Below, piece after piece: positions 26,011 through 39,914 of a stretch of DNA of 64,000 bases. The position numbers and the translations under genes are program-made. Position 1 is the first letter of the stretch; every line of letters begins with the position of its first letter. The stretch is from contig NC_043002.1 in NCBI RefSeq assembly GCF_006345805.1, forward strand, positions 17,980,001 through 18,044,000, given 5' to 3'. Under the pieces are notes generated by a model. The model was not told the origin of the DNA and did not search any database. It worked only from the letters and a program-made list of their open reading frames with translations. This DNA comes from Octopus sinensis (taxonomy: Eukaryota).

Positions 26011-26905
26011 ACTCTAATTGCTAATTTTTCACCAATGATCACAAAAGCTGTAAATTAAATAAACAATGTTTTTAAAATAAAAATGAAAAATAAACAATTT
26101 GGCATTGATTGTGCAACAATTGTATGAAATTAATGATATAAGGTAGGAATAAAAGTTACCAAATATCATCAGTGAAAATCCAAAACAACTTTTGACTTAG
26201 TCTGGCATATGGAGAGACAGCGAAAGATAGATAGAACATAGATACTAGTTTAATATAATCGCGTGTTATGGATTTGATTTTCTTATTAAATTATGCGCTG
26301 TTTACTAAAACATTTGCTTCTGCAGGCGCTTAGTGACTTCTGTGCATATGTAATATAGAAAATAGATAAACTAGTTATATGTGTAGGGGAGGGTGAGTGT
26401 GTGTGTAAAAGTAGATACACACATATACATATGTATATATATATACTTATTTATATTTATATATAATTGCTTCCCGCTCTTCTCTTAGATAAGATGAAGT
26501 GGAGAAGTATAGTAATGTAAATAATTTTAACAGATTATGCAATCATATTGCAAATGTGAAGATTGCATGAGAGCTGTTTAAAATGTATGAAATATAATTT
26601 CTTATAATAAAAAAAAACCTAGAATTTTAATTGCATATACAAATATTGAAGAAATAAAATTTATTCTAAAAATGAATGAAAAGATATTTGAATTTTTATT
26701 TAAATAAGTAGCTTACATTGAGGATCTTCAATTAATTCAGAAATTAAATGTAAGTATAAGAAGTATAAAGATTACTAACAATATGCCTTAGCATATGTGT
26801 TTTTTTTTTTTCCTGAAATACCTCTAGAGGCAATTTAAGCTATTTCCAAACGACAACGCATTTGAATAATAAATGATTTGTTTCAAAATGTTATGCATGT
26901 ATGTG

Positions 26906-26950
<45 letters not shown>

Positions 26951-27018
26951 ATATATGTATATATATATATATGTGTGTGTATAGATATACATATATATAT
27001 GTGTGTGTGTGTATAGAT

Positions 27019-27049
<31 letters not shown>

Positions 27050-27184
27050 CATACATACATAAAAATAAGAGAGGGACCACTATGTGGACGCTCTTGCGCT
27101 AAACATAGATCCGCAATGGTCTCAACGACCAAGATGTTTTTAAATTAATATCCAAATTTTCACCCTTATTTTTGATTTAGATAC

Positions 27185-27257
<73 letters not shown>

Positions 27258-27551
27258 TACTTATTCCTTGGTTCTTTCCTTGTAGTCTTCTTATTTTCGG
27301 TTATTTGAATCAGCCCATGCTGGGGTACTGCGTGGATGATTTTACACGAACAAATCGACCGGAGCAGTACAGATTTTAATGTCTGATGCATATTCTATTG
27401 CAGAACTGCTACGTTAATGTAATGAAAGCAGGCCTACGTTGATAAGCAAGCTCTGTGTGGGGCGTTTATAATCTATTCATGTATACATATCAGTGTTTTA
27501 TAAATACATACACACACTCATACATATATATGTGTGTGTTTGCATCTCCCC

Positions 27552-27627
<76 letters not shown>

Positions 27628-27774
27628 GAGGGATGCGTGGCGTTCCATCAAATAAAAATATAAATACTATATAAATATATGAATATATACATACATATAT
27701 GTACATGCTTCATTTCAATGCACGCCAGCGGAATTCAATTCGTCCCCAGTCGAAAGACGCCTGTTGTAATGTCC

Positions 27775-27814
<40 letters not shown>

Positions 27815-28158
27815 GTTATTATTGTTGTTGTTGTTTTTTATTGTATTTTTGTATTTATATTCGTGTAACATCGTCTGTTTTTCCGTCCCCGTTTCGTATA
27901 CATTCGATGCTTTTTCCCAAGGAATCAAATGCTCTGAGCTTAGCTTTTCCTTGGGCTTGGCCAGATTGGAGCAATCTCAAGTTTAATCAGCTGAAATAGC
28001 GGGGATGATGAACCATAACCAAAAAGACTTACTGAAACGATTCATTATTGATGCCATGTGATGCCCTTACATGACGTTTAAGCCCAGCTAAGCTTTTACG
28101 CATTTTATTACATACAGCACAACTGGCAGGAGAAAAAGGTGCCACCATATGCACTCAC

Positions 28159-28278
28159 TTAACGTGCCATAGTTGGGATTAATAATATCTTTGTTTTTGT
28201 TGGATAAGTCTCTGGGAGTTTGCCTCTGTTTCGCGGGTGTCATGGAGCAATCTTTAACATTCCCATCTTTATAAATAT
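28159..28278 (-). CDS. candidate 120-nt phase-1/1 coding exon ((D)IYKDGNVKDCSMTPAKQRQTPRDLSNKNKDIINPNYGTL)
   Basis: acceptor ttttttttcgatAG, consensus donor GTGAGT, only one open frame, NPxY-like NPNY motif; no homology recognised. Confidence 0.4.
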
Positions 28279-28849
28279 CTATCGAAAAAAAATCCGTCAA
28301 GATTTACCTAATTAATGTCCTATTACGTCCTGTTGTAAAGAGTATTTCGCTTATGAAATGATACTCCGCACAGTCTTTCTAAAAATGTAATCCAATTTAC
28401 GTATGATACACAAAAGAGACTGCATAATGTGAATCAATGTTCATTTTATTGGAAGGTTTCGTGTTTGTTACAATTTTAAATGAGCGCAAATATGTTACAT
28501 CAACATTTTATCTGATCAAACATGACAATCAAATGTTAATAATGCTTTGATTTATGGCATTGAAAGTATCTGTGCATCTAAGATAAATTACGGTTCTTGA
28601 AAATTATTGACTCGTTATATCACACTGTGAATTCCTGGTTAATAATTTATCTTCTGTGTGTAGTATTCCATATATTTTGAAGAGATTTTCATAATCATTG
28701 ATACACTCACGTGCTTATGAAATGTTGTGTGCTGTACGAGTAAGGATAATTTAGGAAATGCTTGCATTCAGGTCTTTTGATATGAAGAAGTATTTATTCA
28801 TAGCTAATAGCGACAGTATATGGCTCATATTCCACTACATATACATATA

Positions 28850-28868
28850 TATAATATATATATATATC

Positions 28869-28909
<41 letters not shown>

Positions 28910-28934
28910 AGAGATAGATAGATAGATAGATAGG

Positions 28935-29004
<70 letters not shown>

Positions 29005-29019
29005 TACATACATACATAT

Positions 29020-29075
<56 letters not shown>

Positions 29076-29085
29076 TATATATATG
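28850..29085. repeat. compound (GA)n-(GATA)n-(TACA)n-(TA)n microsatellite
   Basis: direct inspection. Confidence 0.95.
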
Positions 29086-30061
29086 CTTGTAACGTTTCTA
29101 TCATCCTAATAACTTGGAGTCTGATTGAAAGTATAAGTACTGAAACTTTCTACTTCAAAGATTACAGATGCTTGAATTATGCGAATATGCTTTCCTTGTT
29201 TTCTTCCCCATCATAAAAGGTGTACATCAGTAAATCGTGATCATAAATGTTGCTAATTGTAACGACCCTTAATTCATCAAAGCTTATGTAGGGTATATGC
29301 AAATTTGGAAAGGAAATTAATAGGCATATTTGATAAGGCAATACTAGTAAAAGCCGATAGGCATACGAGTTATTTTATGAAGAGTTCGCAGTTTTCAAAG
29401 TAGTTTCAAACGATTCTAGGATAATAATCACTTCCAAATTTATATTTCTCATTAAATATCAAATATAAGAACGAAAGGCATTGTTTATTAGGAACGTAAG
29501 CTGTATAATTTATCGGCGTAAATATACTGTTATATTACAAGTTAACATAACAATTCAAACTCGACCGTGGCGTGATCCTAAAATTTGCAAATTACTTTCT
29601 ATCAGTTTTCACCTGAGATAAAAGTAGAAGTACATTATACATTTCTTGACCTGGAGAATGTACACAATACCATTACAGTCAATCTTGAGTGTTATGCGTG
29701 GTACAACGGTTTACACTGTGTACTTATGTCACTATCGACTATAGCAGCAAATATGGCGTATATGCAAATACTATAATTTATGCAAAATTATTAATTGAAA
29801 TAAATACTAACTTTCGAATAAGAAAGGCGCAGGAAACTTTCCTGGCATTTAGGTTTCGCGAAAGGTCTGGTTGGAGATCCAAACTTCTGTGTTCTTTTAC
29901 AGGGCCTAGAAAAACTGAAGAGTGTAAATCTGAGGGGAGAATATGTTGAATAAAATAATAATTAATAGATCCTCTTGTTCTTGTATTTTCTATTACTCAA
30001 AGCCAGCAACTTTTCAGCGCACCTTCATGCATGTATATATGTGCACCCGCACTTCTCTGTC

Positions 30062-30109
<48 letters not shown>

Positions 30110-30112
<3 letters not shown>

Positions 30113-30253
30113 GAAGAAATGAGGTACTCAGAAATTCGGATGGTTTTATATTTACAGATATTTATTTGTATATTACATGTTTTATACATCATATAACTTA
30201 GATTATGTATAGCGCTTTCTTCCATTCTAGTGGGGTTTTGAAATCGAACTAAG
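30110..30253 (-). mobile_element. terminal fragment of the repeat family at 42046-42215 (probable PLE 3' tip)
   Basis: agaagaaatgaggtactcagaaattcggatgg...gcgctttc..cattctagtggggtttt shared with 42046-42215. Confidence 0.75.
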
Positions 30254-30519
30254 TATATATATATATATATATATATAATTAATTTTAAAAAATACAAGAA
30301 ACAATCACAATGCAAGGACGTAGTACATGCAAAGTATTAATGAGACGCTCAGAGAATGGTTGTTTTCGATTTTGAAAATAGCTCTTCTTCGGAAAGAGGA
30401 GACATAGAAGGCGAGAAAAAATCGCCAAGAGTCCATGTATAGTTACATTTTTCAAATGACTGGAAGTAGATGGTCAAAGAGAAAGTGCTTTCTGGAACAG
30501 GAGAGTGTGAAAAATGGTT

Positions 30520-31613
30520 GGTATCTCTGTGAACGTGTGCGCGCGCGTGCGAGCGTGTGTGTGTGGTGGCATGTGCGCTTGTGATAGTGTGTGCGTCTAT
30601 GAGTGGTGGCAGTGTGTGCGCGTGTGGCGGTGGCATGTGTAAATGACTTATATAGCGTGCGTGCATGGTAGCGTGCGTGCGTGGCAATAACTGAGTGTAT
30701 GTGTGTTTGCATGGTAGCATGTGTGCGTGTGATGGTAACTGTGTGTGTGTGTGTGTGCGCGACTATGTGCGTGTTTGGTATTAAATGTTTACACGTGTTT
30801 CTTTTGTGTGAATGGTCTGTGTGTGAGTGTTAATCTCGTAGTGATAGATCAGCAGCTACTGTGATAGGTATGTGTATGGGTTGTTGCAGCAGTGTATGTG
30901 TGTGTGTGTTTATATGTGTTTTCGCACGTGTGTGTAGATGTGATGGTCAGTAGTGAGCCGGAGCAGTTTGAAAGGTGTCCTAGAGACAGTCTGAAGCTGT
31001 CTAAAGAGTGTGTGAATGGCAAGGTGTGCATATATGTGTGTCTGTGTGTGTCTTGGCATGTGAACGTAAAGGCAGTGGGATTGTGTGTATGTATGTGTGA
31101 ACATGTGTATTGGTGCGCGTGTCCAAATCTCTCTCTCTCTCTCTGTTAATCTCTGTCTCTGTCTCTCTCTCCCTGTATATATGTATGTGTGTGTTCGTGT
31201 TTGAGTGTGGGGACATTTGTGTGTATGTACATGCAACTGTAGAGATGTATGTATGTGTGTGTGTATGTATATTTGTGCATGTATGTGTGTGCTGTGTGTC
31301 TGTGGAGGGTTTTATGTATATGTGCGTCCATGCGTGTGTGTGCGTGTGTGTATGCATATTGTGTATTTATGTACGTGTGTTTGTACGTATGTGTGCTACT
31401 GTGTGTGCGTGTGTGTGTACTTATGTCTGTGCACGTATGTGAGTTGTGTGTGTGCGTGCGTGTGTGTTGTATGTGTCCCCACCCCTTCTTCCTCAGTTCT
31501 TATTGCTTTTTCTCTTAAATTATGTGTGTATGCGCGCGCGTGTGCTGTATTTTTCACTCTCTGCCTGTCACCAAGCCTCAGAAGTGCACTCGTTCGATAT
31601 TACTTACTCTTCT

Positions 31614-31652
<39 letters not shown>

Positions 31653-31660
31653 GCTTCTCT
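30520..31660. repeat. long degenerate (GT)/(GC)/(CT) low-complexity tract
   Basis: direct inspection; accounts for the many overlapping ORFs here. Confidence 0.9.
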
Positions 31661-32197
31661 CTCTCTATTTCTCTGTACCATTTTTAGCCTCCCTCTTTCA
31701 CTGTTCGATGTAAAGCCTCTCCTGCGAAATTAACCAGCCAACCGACCAACCAACATAATCTCTATTGGCCATTTTCATATAGAGATAAAAACGTCATTCA
31801 AAAGTCATCAAGGAAAGTCTACTCAATCGAGCAAAGTGCAAGACAGATCAGCGTAAACTCCATCATATCACAACCTTCCTACAGAAAGAAAGATATTTTG
31901 AATGAAATCTTTATACACTTTACATGTTAAAGAATGAGGAATCATTTTGATCATGAGGTTAAACATTTACTACAAGTAAAAGAAAATAACATATCAACTA
32001 AAATGGATAAATTTATTCGAAAATAGTAACACATACATGAACATTGCTACACCATTCATATCCTTAAATTGTGTACATCGAAGAAACATGGTCAATACAT
32101 ACTGCAAACCAAGTGATAATTCCCAGAGAATAAATCGAAATATATTGATACATCCTCACTCTACTATCAGGACTAATAGTTTCTGCAGTATGGAATG

Positions 32198-32212
32198 TAG
32201 CAGTAGTAGCAC

Positions 32213-32247
<35 letters not shown>

Positions 32248-32248
32248 C

Positions 32249-32281
<33 letters not shown>

Positions 32282-32700
32282 CAGCAGTAACAGTAGCAGA
32301 GGAAGTTGCAGTAGCAGTAGCAGCAGGAGCAAACTGGTATATTTTAGTTCAAATTCTGGTTGAGTCGAATTTACCTTTGATTCCTGGGCGGTCAGAACTT
32401 AATTAGTACCTGCTATATACTACGGCCAATGTAATCAACTAACACTTGTAAAATTTAACTCCTATTCATATATTAAATTTTACTGTGATTACTTTTATTA
32501 ATGTTCTTATTCTTATTGCTGCAAGTACAATTAACGATTATTGTTACTGACTACTGCTATTATTATTATTATTATCATTATCATCATCATCATCATCATC
32601 ATCATCACGGCTAATTCGATTATTGTTATAGTCAACATTAACATCATCATCATCATCATCATCATCATTATCATCATCATCATCATATCATCATTATCCT
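32198..32700. repeat. (AGT/AGC)n and (TAT/CAT)n trinucleotide runs
   Basis: direct inspection. Confidence 0.9.
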
Positions 32701-33864
32701 AATCATTATTATTGGCATTCGTGGGCTAAATGTCGGTTCTCAGTATTTTGTTAAGATTCAGTTATTTCTTATTGAACGCTATTGTGCCTTTATTTATTTT
32801 TATAGAATCGAAGATAGTAAGTTTTTCATTTCTGTAATATTTTTCCCAGTCTGAAGGAAATATTATTGAGTGAATATCATTTTTGTTAAAGGGACATTTT
32901 GCTTTCACGAAAATGAATGGTTACTATTCGTTTCATAATAACGTTGAAGTGACAGCGACATAAGAAAAAAAGGAATGAAGAAAGAAAGAAAGAAAGAAAG
33001 AAAGGAAGGAAGAAAGAAAGGAAGGAAGAAAGAAAGAAAGGTCAAGCAAATGTTAAAGAACCACACAGAAGAGATGAAAGGGTTTAATAGTATTCCAGTC
33101 TGCAAGGGGGTTGGAGAACATGTTAAATTTCAACTATCACACAGCACCTAACGCTACAAGAAGTCCTATGGCACCAAAAAAACTGTGAATGTCAAAACCA
33201 AAATAAAACAGCGGCAGCAGCAGCCATAACAAAATCAACGAAAACCGATAAAAAATACAAAAGCGGCAACCTCAGTGTTAATGAGATCAATGTCATTCAA
33301 AAAAAAGTGTCTGGAACAAACACTTGACATTGATTTCAGTCAACAAAATAAACGCTACCTTGAAAGCGGAAATTTTCCCTGCCTACCAGCAGATTAGAAA
33401 AAAAAGGAAAACAAAGAAGGCTCTGAATTTAAAGATTTGGTAATAAAAATAACTGAAAGGTTGACAGTCCGTCCTGAGAGAGCATAGAAATGTTTGAAAG
33501 ATGTGTCTAGGTCAATATGGTGTGTGAGAAACTAAAGAGAGTAAGTGATAGGCGTCGTCCTCTGCCTCACTGAAGAAAAGGCTTAGAAAATAGCCGTATA
33601 TTCATGCTCCTCATACACATACTGATATCATGATGTTAAGCGAAATGTTTAAATGAAGTAACACTTAAATACTAATTACATACTTAAATTAAACATAGAA
33701 TATTCCAACGCGATCTTAGAAGAGCGTACAAAAGTAATACAAGATCCACATCATAAGCCTAGTACAAAGAAATATCATAGACGCATTTAATTAATTCTCA
33801 AACGAATTATATGTAAAAAAAAAAAAGAAGAAAACTAAAGCTGGTACGGCAATGAATATTTATA

Positions 33865-34345
33865 TTTTATTTCTTTATTGCCCACAAGGGGCTAAACATA
33901 GAGGGGACAAACAAGGACAGACAAAAAGATTAAGTCGATTACATCGACCCCAATGCGTAAATGGTACTTAATTTATAAGGCGGCGAGCTGGCAGAAACGT
34001 TAGCACGCCGGGCGAAATGCTTAGCGGTATTTCGTCTGCGTTACGTTGTGAGTTCAAATTACGCCGAGGTCGACTTTGCCTTTCATCCTTTCGGGGTCGA
34101 TAAATTAAGTACCAGTTACGCACTGGGGTCGATGTAATCGACTTAATACCTATGTCTGTCCTTGTTTGTCCCCTCTGTGTTTAGCCCCTTGTGGGTAATA
34201 AAGAAATAGGTACTTAATTTATCGAACCCGAAAGGATGAAAGGCAAAATTGAGTCGGCGGAATTTGAACTGAGAACGTGACGGCAGACGAAATGCGCCTA
34301 CGCATTTCGCCCGGCGTGCTAATGTTTCTGCCAGCTCGCCGCCTT
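33865..34345. mobile_element. minus-strand family C SINE interrupted by a plus-strand family C SINE (33977-34208)
   Basis: 14-bp TSD ggtacttaatttat at 33963-33976 and 34209-34222. Confidence 0.92.
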
Positions 34346-34599
34346 TGAATATATATAATATTCTTAGATGAATGCTAAAGGAATAAATATGGCTAGAAAA
34401 CAAAGCAACAATAGCAATATTTTCTATATTTAGAATATACAACCTGAATCTGTTGTATAAAAATTATCACGAATATAATGAGGACACGGTCTTAATGCAA
34501 CAGAAATATTTTTTGAAGTATCCACCATAGAACTATGAAAATATTTAGTAAAGAACAATGAGAAACAAATAACTGCAAAACATGAATAGAAGCAATTAA

Positions 34600-35200
34600 A
34601 ATCACGTTTCTGGCTTTGTAGGAGCCACGATATAGAAAACAGAGGTTGAAGAGTGAGACAACTTGCACGAAGAAAGGATATGCAGTAATAGAAATTGTGA
34701 AAAATGCTATAAAATGTCCCATAAATATTTTACAGAATACCATAATAAAACGATATTCTGAAAACACTCTGCCAACAATAAGACCAATGAATAAAGTGGA
34801 AAAAAGAATGAAGGGAAATCGTAGTACTGTGGACGAAATACAAGATTCATATCGGAAACCGAATGAATGAAATTCAAAACTTTCCTCACTGTAACCACTA
34901 AGAGCAAGTATTGAGGCAAAATGCAATATGTAAATAAAGAGTATATGGAGCTTGAAGTGAGTTAGCGAATTATATTGATTCTGGATGCTAAGTCTTATCT
35001 AGAAAAGAATGCATCGGCAGAATTTTGAGAGCTGGGACCATCATACAGTTGAATGACATACATCAGAAAAATCTCAGAGACTGATAAAATTTAACTTACC
35101 ATCGACGGTTCGTATGATAGGTGGTATTTCCTTATCTAAGTTTCAAGAGATGATAGTGTGGAACATTCTCTAGCTATGGTAATGGTGAGAGGCCTTGCAA
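34600..35200 (+). pseudogene. very degraded non-LTR RT fragment, possibly RTE-like
   Basis: KKG....CPINILQNTIIKRYS...KGNRSTVDEI loosely matches RT domains 1-2 (NYRPISLL..GFR..RST.DQI). Confidence 0.3.
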
Positions 35201-35249
35201 CGAAAATTATTCTCCACATTTCTCTTAACAAAATGAAGGATCATGTCAG

Positions 35250-35435
35250 AGGCCCCTGATCTACCTGAGCGAGATGAAATGGACTCCTTCCACTCTCTGG
35301 TAAATTGCACAATGACTCTATTATGTGTTGAAAGCGGAACCCCAAGGTTTTCTGCAATTTTACGCAGAAAAGTTCCCCTTCAGATTGACCCTCAGTACGA
35401 TCTCTTTGAAATCCGTAGCATGATTAAACAGTCAC
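35250..35435 (-). pseudogene. Tc1-like transposase N-terminal HTH remnant
   Basis: [22 protein letters not shown]...SRSGRS matches Tc1 S.R.IA..LGV..ST..R.I..F....RSGRP. Confidence 0.5.
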
Positions 35436-36681
35436 ATATAGGACCTGAAACATAAAAATGTGAATTAATAAAAAATATAAACCTTTTCAAGTTAAAATAG
35501 ACATAAACGATATTTTATGGAATACCTGTGTATATTTATATAAATATACAGTTAAATAAGATTTAATTTTTTTTATTTACATTTGATTTTTTTTTAAATA
35601 CTACAACTTCATATCTCTTTACAATATTGTTCTCAACTTAACATTGACTGAAGACACCCGAGGAGTTTAAGTTGTTAATAGTCCAAATATCTCTTTTATT
35701 CTGTGTCGAGGAAACATTTTTTTAATTGTACTTGACAACTCCAGACTGTTAGTATTTTCTCGTAATATGACAAGTTACATTTTAGCTTACTCTTCTATTG
35801 CAACAGTCTACAATGTTGAGACGAAATAAATTATTGCTATCAAGTGGATGAGGGAAAGTATGGAAGTAAATCTTATCAAATGAATTTTGTTTACGCTTAA
35901 ATAAGACGAAGTAGTTGCTGATGGAATACAGTATTAATATTATATTGAATATAAATTAGAAGGTGGCACCCGCGTCAATGAAAGTTTATTGGAAATTGTC
36001 ACAAGACATAGTCATGTTTTGCAGTATGTAACATCAGCAATGAAATGGAAGCGTTAAAATATTCTTTTGTGGATCTTACGAGGCTCCGAGGAGAGCAATA
36101 CACGACGGAGTGTCTGTCTGGCGGACAAACGATTTTACTGACAAAGAATATTTCATTGCAAGGAAATGTTCGGCGTCGTAGAAAGAGAGACGGTGAGATA
36201 ATTGCAGCAACTAGTATTGTCCATAATATTATCTTACCTGAACGTTTACATATAACATAAAGAGGTTAATATTTTCTTAGCTTACAGTCTGGCGCCAAGG
36301 CTAAAAATCTTATGTTCGTGTTGTCTCTCTCTATCTCTCTCTCTCTCTTTCTCTCTCTCTCTTTCTCTCTCTCTCTTTCTCTCTCGCTTTTATTTGCTTT
36401 TGCTCATCAAACTATTTTGAAGCCTTAAAGAATATGAACTCTGACAGAGACGATGTATTGAAGTAACTTTTATTTTGTATCTATTCTATTTATCGAATTT
36501 ACGAAAAGGCTTATTTCTAAATACGTATTCCAAACAATCGCATTTTCTTTCTAATATATTGGATGATTTTATACATCATTTTACCAGGTATTCAAACTGG
36601 AAATTGTCCAACAGAAATATTTTGCTACCATCCAAAGTGCTTATTACTTATTCGCCTCGAATCTTTAATTCCTTCTTTCTT

Positions 36682-36737
<56 letters not shown>

Positions 36738-36746
36738 GTGTGTGTG

Positions 36747-36791
<45 letters not shown>

Positions 36792-36890
36792 GTTTTTATT
36801 ATATTTTTTTGCGATTTACTTAATCTTCGGTATATCATTGTTAGTGTAATTTAATTGATCATTTTGAATTGATAAAAGGTTTTTTTTCTA

Positions 36891-36942
<52 letters not shown>

Positions 36943-37196
36943 ATGGATATGCAGTTATGTACATGCATATGTGTATATATGTACACATAAATATGCATAT
37001 ACATATGTATGCACAGTTATATGTGTATATATCTATGTTTGCTGTTTAGATGTAATATCATCATTGACTCTGTTCAACAAATTTGGTAACGACTTCAGAT
37101 CAAGAAAAAAAAAAGGTTGTGGGTGAAGTGAGTCCTTCAGAAAGATTTCCTCTCGTGATGAGCATTAGTTCATCTATTTTTTTTTCCTTTTGTAGT

Positions 37197-37294
37197 GATA
37201 TTTTTGTACTGTTATACCTAGCAACTAGATTGAAACATAAGCTCGATATTTTTGTACTGTTATACCTAGCAACTAGATTGAAACATAAGCTCGA
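37197..37294. repeat. perfect 48-bp tandem duplication
   Basis: gatatttttgtactgttatacctagcaactagattgaaacataagctc x2. Confidence 0.95.
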
Positions 37295-37410
37295 AGAAAG
37301 GAGTAATTAACAGTCGACAACTGAGGAGGGGTTAGACGTCTTTTGGTATTTTATCCCTTACTTATTATGTGTTTACGTATTTTTCACTCGCTGGTGATGT
37401 GCTGTACACA
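37285..37410 (+). mobile_element. diverged fragment of the repeat at 39915-40930
   Basis: gctcgaa..ggagtaattaacagtcgacaactgaggag...tttttcactcgctggtgatgtgctgtac matches the reverse complement of about 40757-40880. Confidence 0.7.
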
Positions 37411-37612
37411 AAAGTAACAGGAAACGTTCATTGTGGGGCACGCCTAATGTAATTTTTCATAACGGGGTGGTTATATGTAGATTATCTCCAGTATCTAAGA
37501 GAGTGAAATTCTATCAACTGTATTTCCAAAGCTGGTCCAGGACATGCCTAGGTTCTTTTCTGTTTGTACTAGCCACTGTAATTATTAGGTTAACTAGTAA
37601 CTGTTTTCTAAC

Positions 37613-37704
37613 AGCCATGATCAAGATCCAGCCATGATCAAGATCCAGCCATGATCAAGATCCAGCCATGATCAAGTTCTAGCCATGATCCAGCCATGAT
37701 CAAA
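37613..37704. repeat. 17-bp minisatellite (cagccatgatcaagatc), about 5 copies
   Basis: direct inspection. Confidence 0.9.
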
Positions 37705-38041
37705 GTGAATGACTAGAATGATGCAGATTATAAATACAGCGGTTGTCTATGTAATAGACAAGCAGGTTGTAGGACTCTAACTTTGTAAGTTCGTGATGAC
37801 TGGGCGAACTAATGTGGTTTACCGCTCCAATAAACAAATGAGATATTCATTTGTGTTTGATTAAAATTTTGTTTAATGCCATTACAATACGAATGCAGAC
37901 ATTGCTGCGCGGTTTAGAAATTGGTAGTGTTAGTGTTCAAAACCACTGCGCAGCACATTCGATTATACTCAAGCTAAAAAGCAAATTAAGACTACACGTC
38001 GAGGACAATCTAATAACTTCTAAAATTTACATATCTGGGTA

Positions 38042-38269
38042 CTGTTTTTTTCTTTTCTACTCTAGGCACAAGGCCCGACATTTTGGGGGAGGGTGCTAAT
38101 CGATTAGATCGACCCCAGTACGCAACTACTACTACTTAATTTATCGACCCCGAAACGATGAATGGTAAAGTCGACCTCGGCAGAATTTGAACTCAGAACA
38201 TAAAGACAGACGAAATACCGCTTAGCATTTCGGCCCGGCGTGCTAACGATTCTGCCAGTTCGCCGCCTT
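38042..38269 (-). mobile_element. family C SINE (alternative tail)
   Basis: 10-bp TSD tatctgggta (38032-38041 / 38270-38279). Confidence 0.88.
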
Positions 38270-38735
38270 TATCTGGGTAGTATTCTTGCGATAGACTACT
38301 AATTTTTTTTCACAACTACACAGTGCTCTTTATTTCTTCCATCCCTTTTTTCTGAGTGCACCCCTCATCTGTTATCCCCTAACCTTAACAACATTCATTG
38401 TAGTCATTAATTTCAAAATCTGCTTCAGTCAAGAGCCCTTACAAGTTTTCTGTATTCCTGTATCTAATCAAGAACATTAGCCTTCACTTAATTACTTCAA
38501 GTATTAATTAACTTAAGAGCGTTAATACTGATTTAATTTGATTGTTAGAAATCAGTAATTTATAACGTTATCACTGCTTATAAACGTTTAACAGGTGTGT
38601 GTGGGTGTGTTAATAATTTTCGAAATTTACATAATTATATTTCATTTAATGATGTAATAAATATTACATTTAAAATATTCATAATTTTCTCTTTATATGT
38701 TTACCTATACAAGCCTTAATATTAAAGTCAATGTA

Positions 38736-39120
38736 AAGCAATGAGCTGGCAGAAACGTTAGCACGCCGGGTGAAATGCATAGCCGTATTTCATCTGTCGT
38801 TACGTTCTGAGTTCAAATTCCGCCGAGGTCGACTTTGCCTTTCATCCTTTGGGGGTCGATAAACTAAGTACCAGCTACGCACTGGGGTCGATATAATTGA
38901 CTTAATCCGTTTGTCTGTCTTTGTTTGTCCTCTCTGTGTTTAGCCCCTTGTGGGTAGTAAAGAAATAAGTATTTCGTCTCTCTTTACGCTGTGAGGTCGA
39001 CTTTGCATCTCATCCTTTCGGGGTCGATAAATTATGTACCAGTTGCGTTATAAAGTCGATCTTATTGACTGGCCCCCTACCCCAAAATTTCGGGCTTTGT
39101 GCCTAGAGTAGAAAAGAATG
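38736..39120 (+). mobile_element. family C SINE dimer carrying both tail types
   Basis: 14-bp TSD ttaaagtcaatgta (38722-38735 / 39121-39134). Confidence 0.9.
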
Positions 39121-39914
39121 TTAAAGTCAATGTACATCTTATCAAAATCATTAACGAGCTTACATAAGCTACCCTATTCTTGATTTGTTAAATTATTACT
39201 TCACTTTGCTATGGACAGCACTTACCTGCTTTCGTCTTCATTGACACTAACGGTAGAATCTATCTCACTTAGCCAACGTTTAGTCTAGGTTTTAGGTTCC
39301 TATAACTACCCTTCACTTCCATATGCACTAAGACGCCAGATGGCCAACCCACCAATGTCTAACGTTACATCTTACTACCCAAATACTACATTACAATATA
39401 AAAAAAACTTAATTTACCTCCAAAATTAAAATTTCCCGACAAATTGTGCTGGGAGTGCAACGGAAGTAGTTTTGTAATATAAAAACAAACTCCTTGCACC
39501 TGTTTTTTCTAATAAATACAGCCACTAAGAATAATGCCGTGAAATAATTGGCGAAACATCTATTTTGCTTCTTTATTTTTTTTCAATCTGGACATAGCCC
39601 CCTCCATATGAAGAAATGGAGGCCAGACATAAACAGCAGCAAGTGATTACATACAGCAGTTTGGTTACTCGAGTAACACCAGTCTGCGCTGGTCGACTTT
39701 CACCTTCCTCCTTCTTCCTCTTCCTTCTTCCCCAGATATCTGAGCAAGGACTTTTTCCATCCCTGACTTCTCCACAGGACATAAAGAAGGTATCATAGAC
39801 GCGAAATATAAAGTCTAAAGTAATACTGCAACTATGTTTTCCTTTTCGCTTTTGTCTTTGTAGTTTACTTCATATCTTCTCGCATCGTTCCGGCATTACA
39901 CAACATTTACCTTA

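Noticed and set aside
29600-29950. Plus-strand exon-like pieces (PEIKVEVH..VNLECYA; GLEKLKSVNLRG) and a competing minus-strand frame
   Set aside because: Ig- or LRR-like resemblance is weak, strands conflict and donors are poor
36045-36260. CpG-rich patch with FGVVER, like Merlin/ISXO2 transposase
   Set aside because: One short motif needing a frameshift; no TIRs found
39573-39800. MEKVLAQISGEEGRGRRRK, like an RTE C-terminus
   Set aside because: Similarity rests on a low-complexity purine tract
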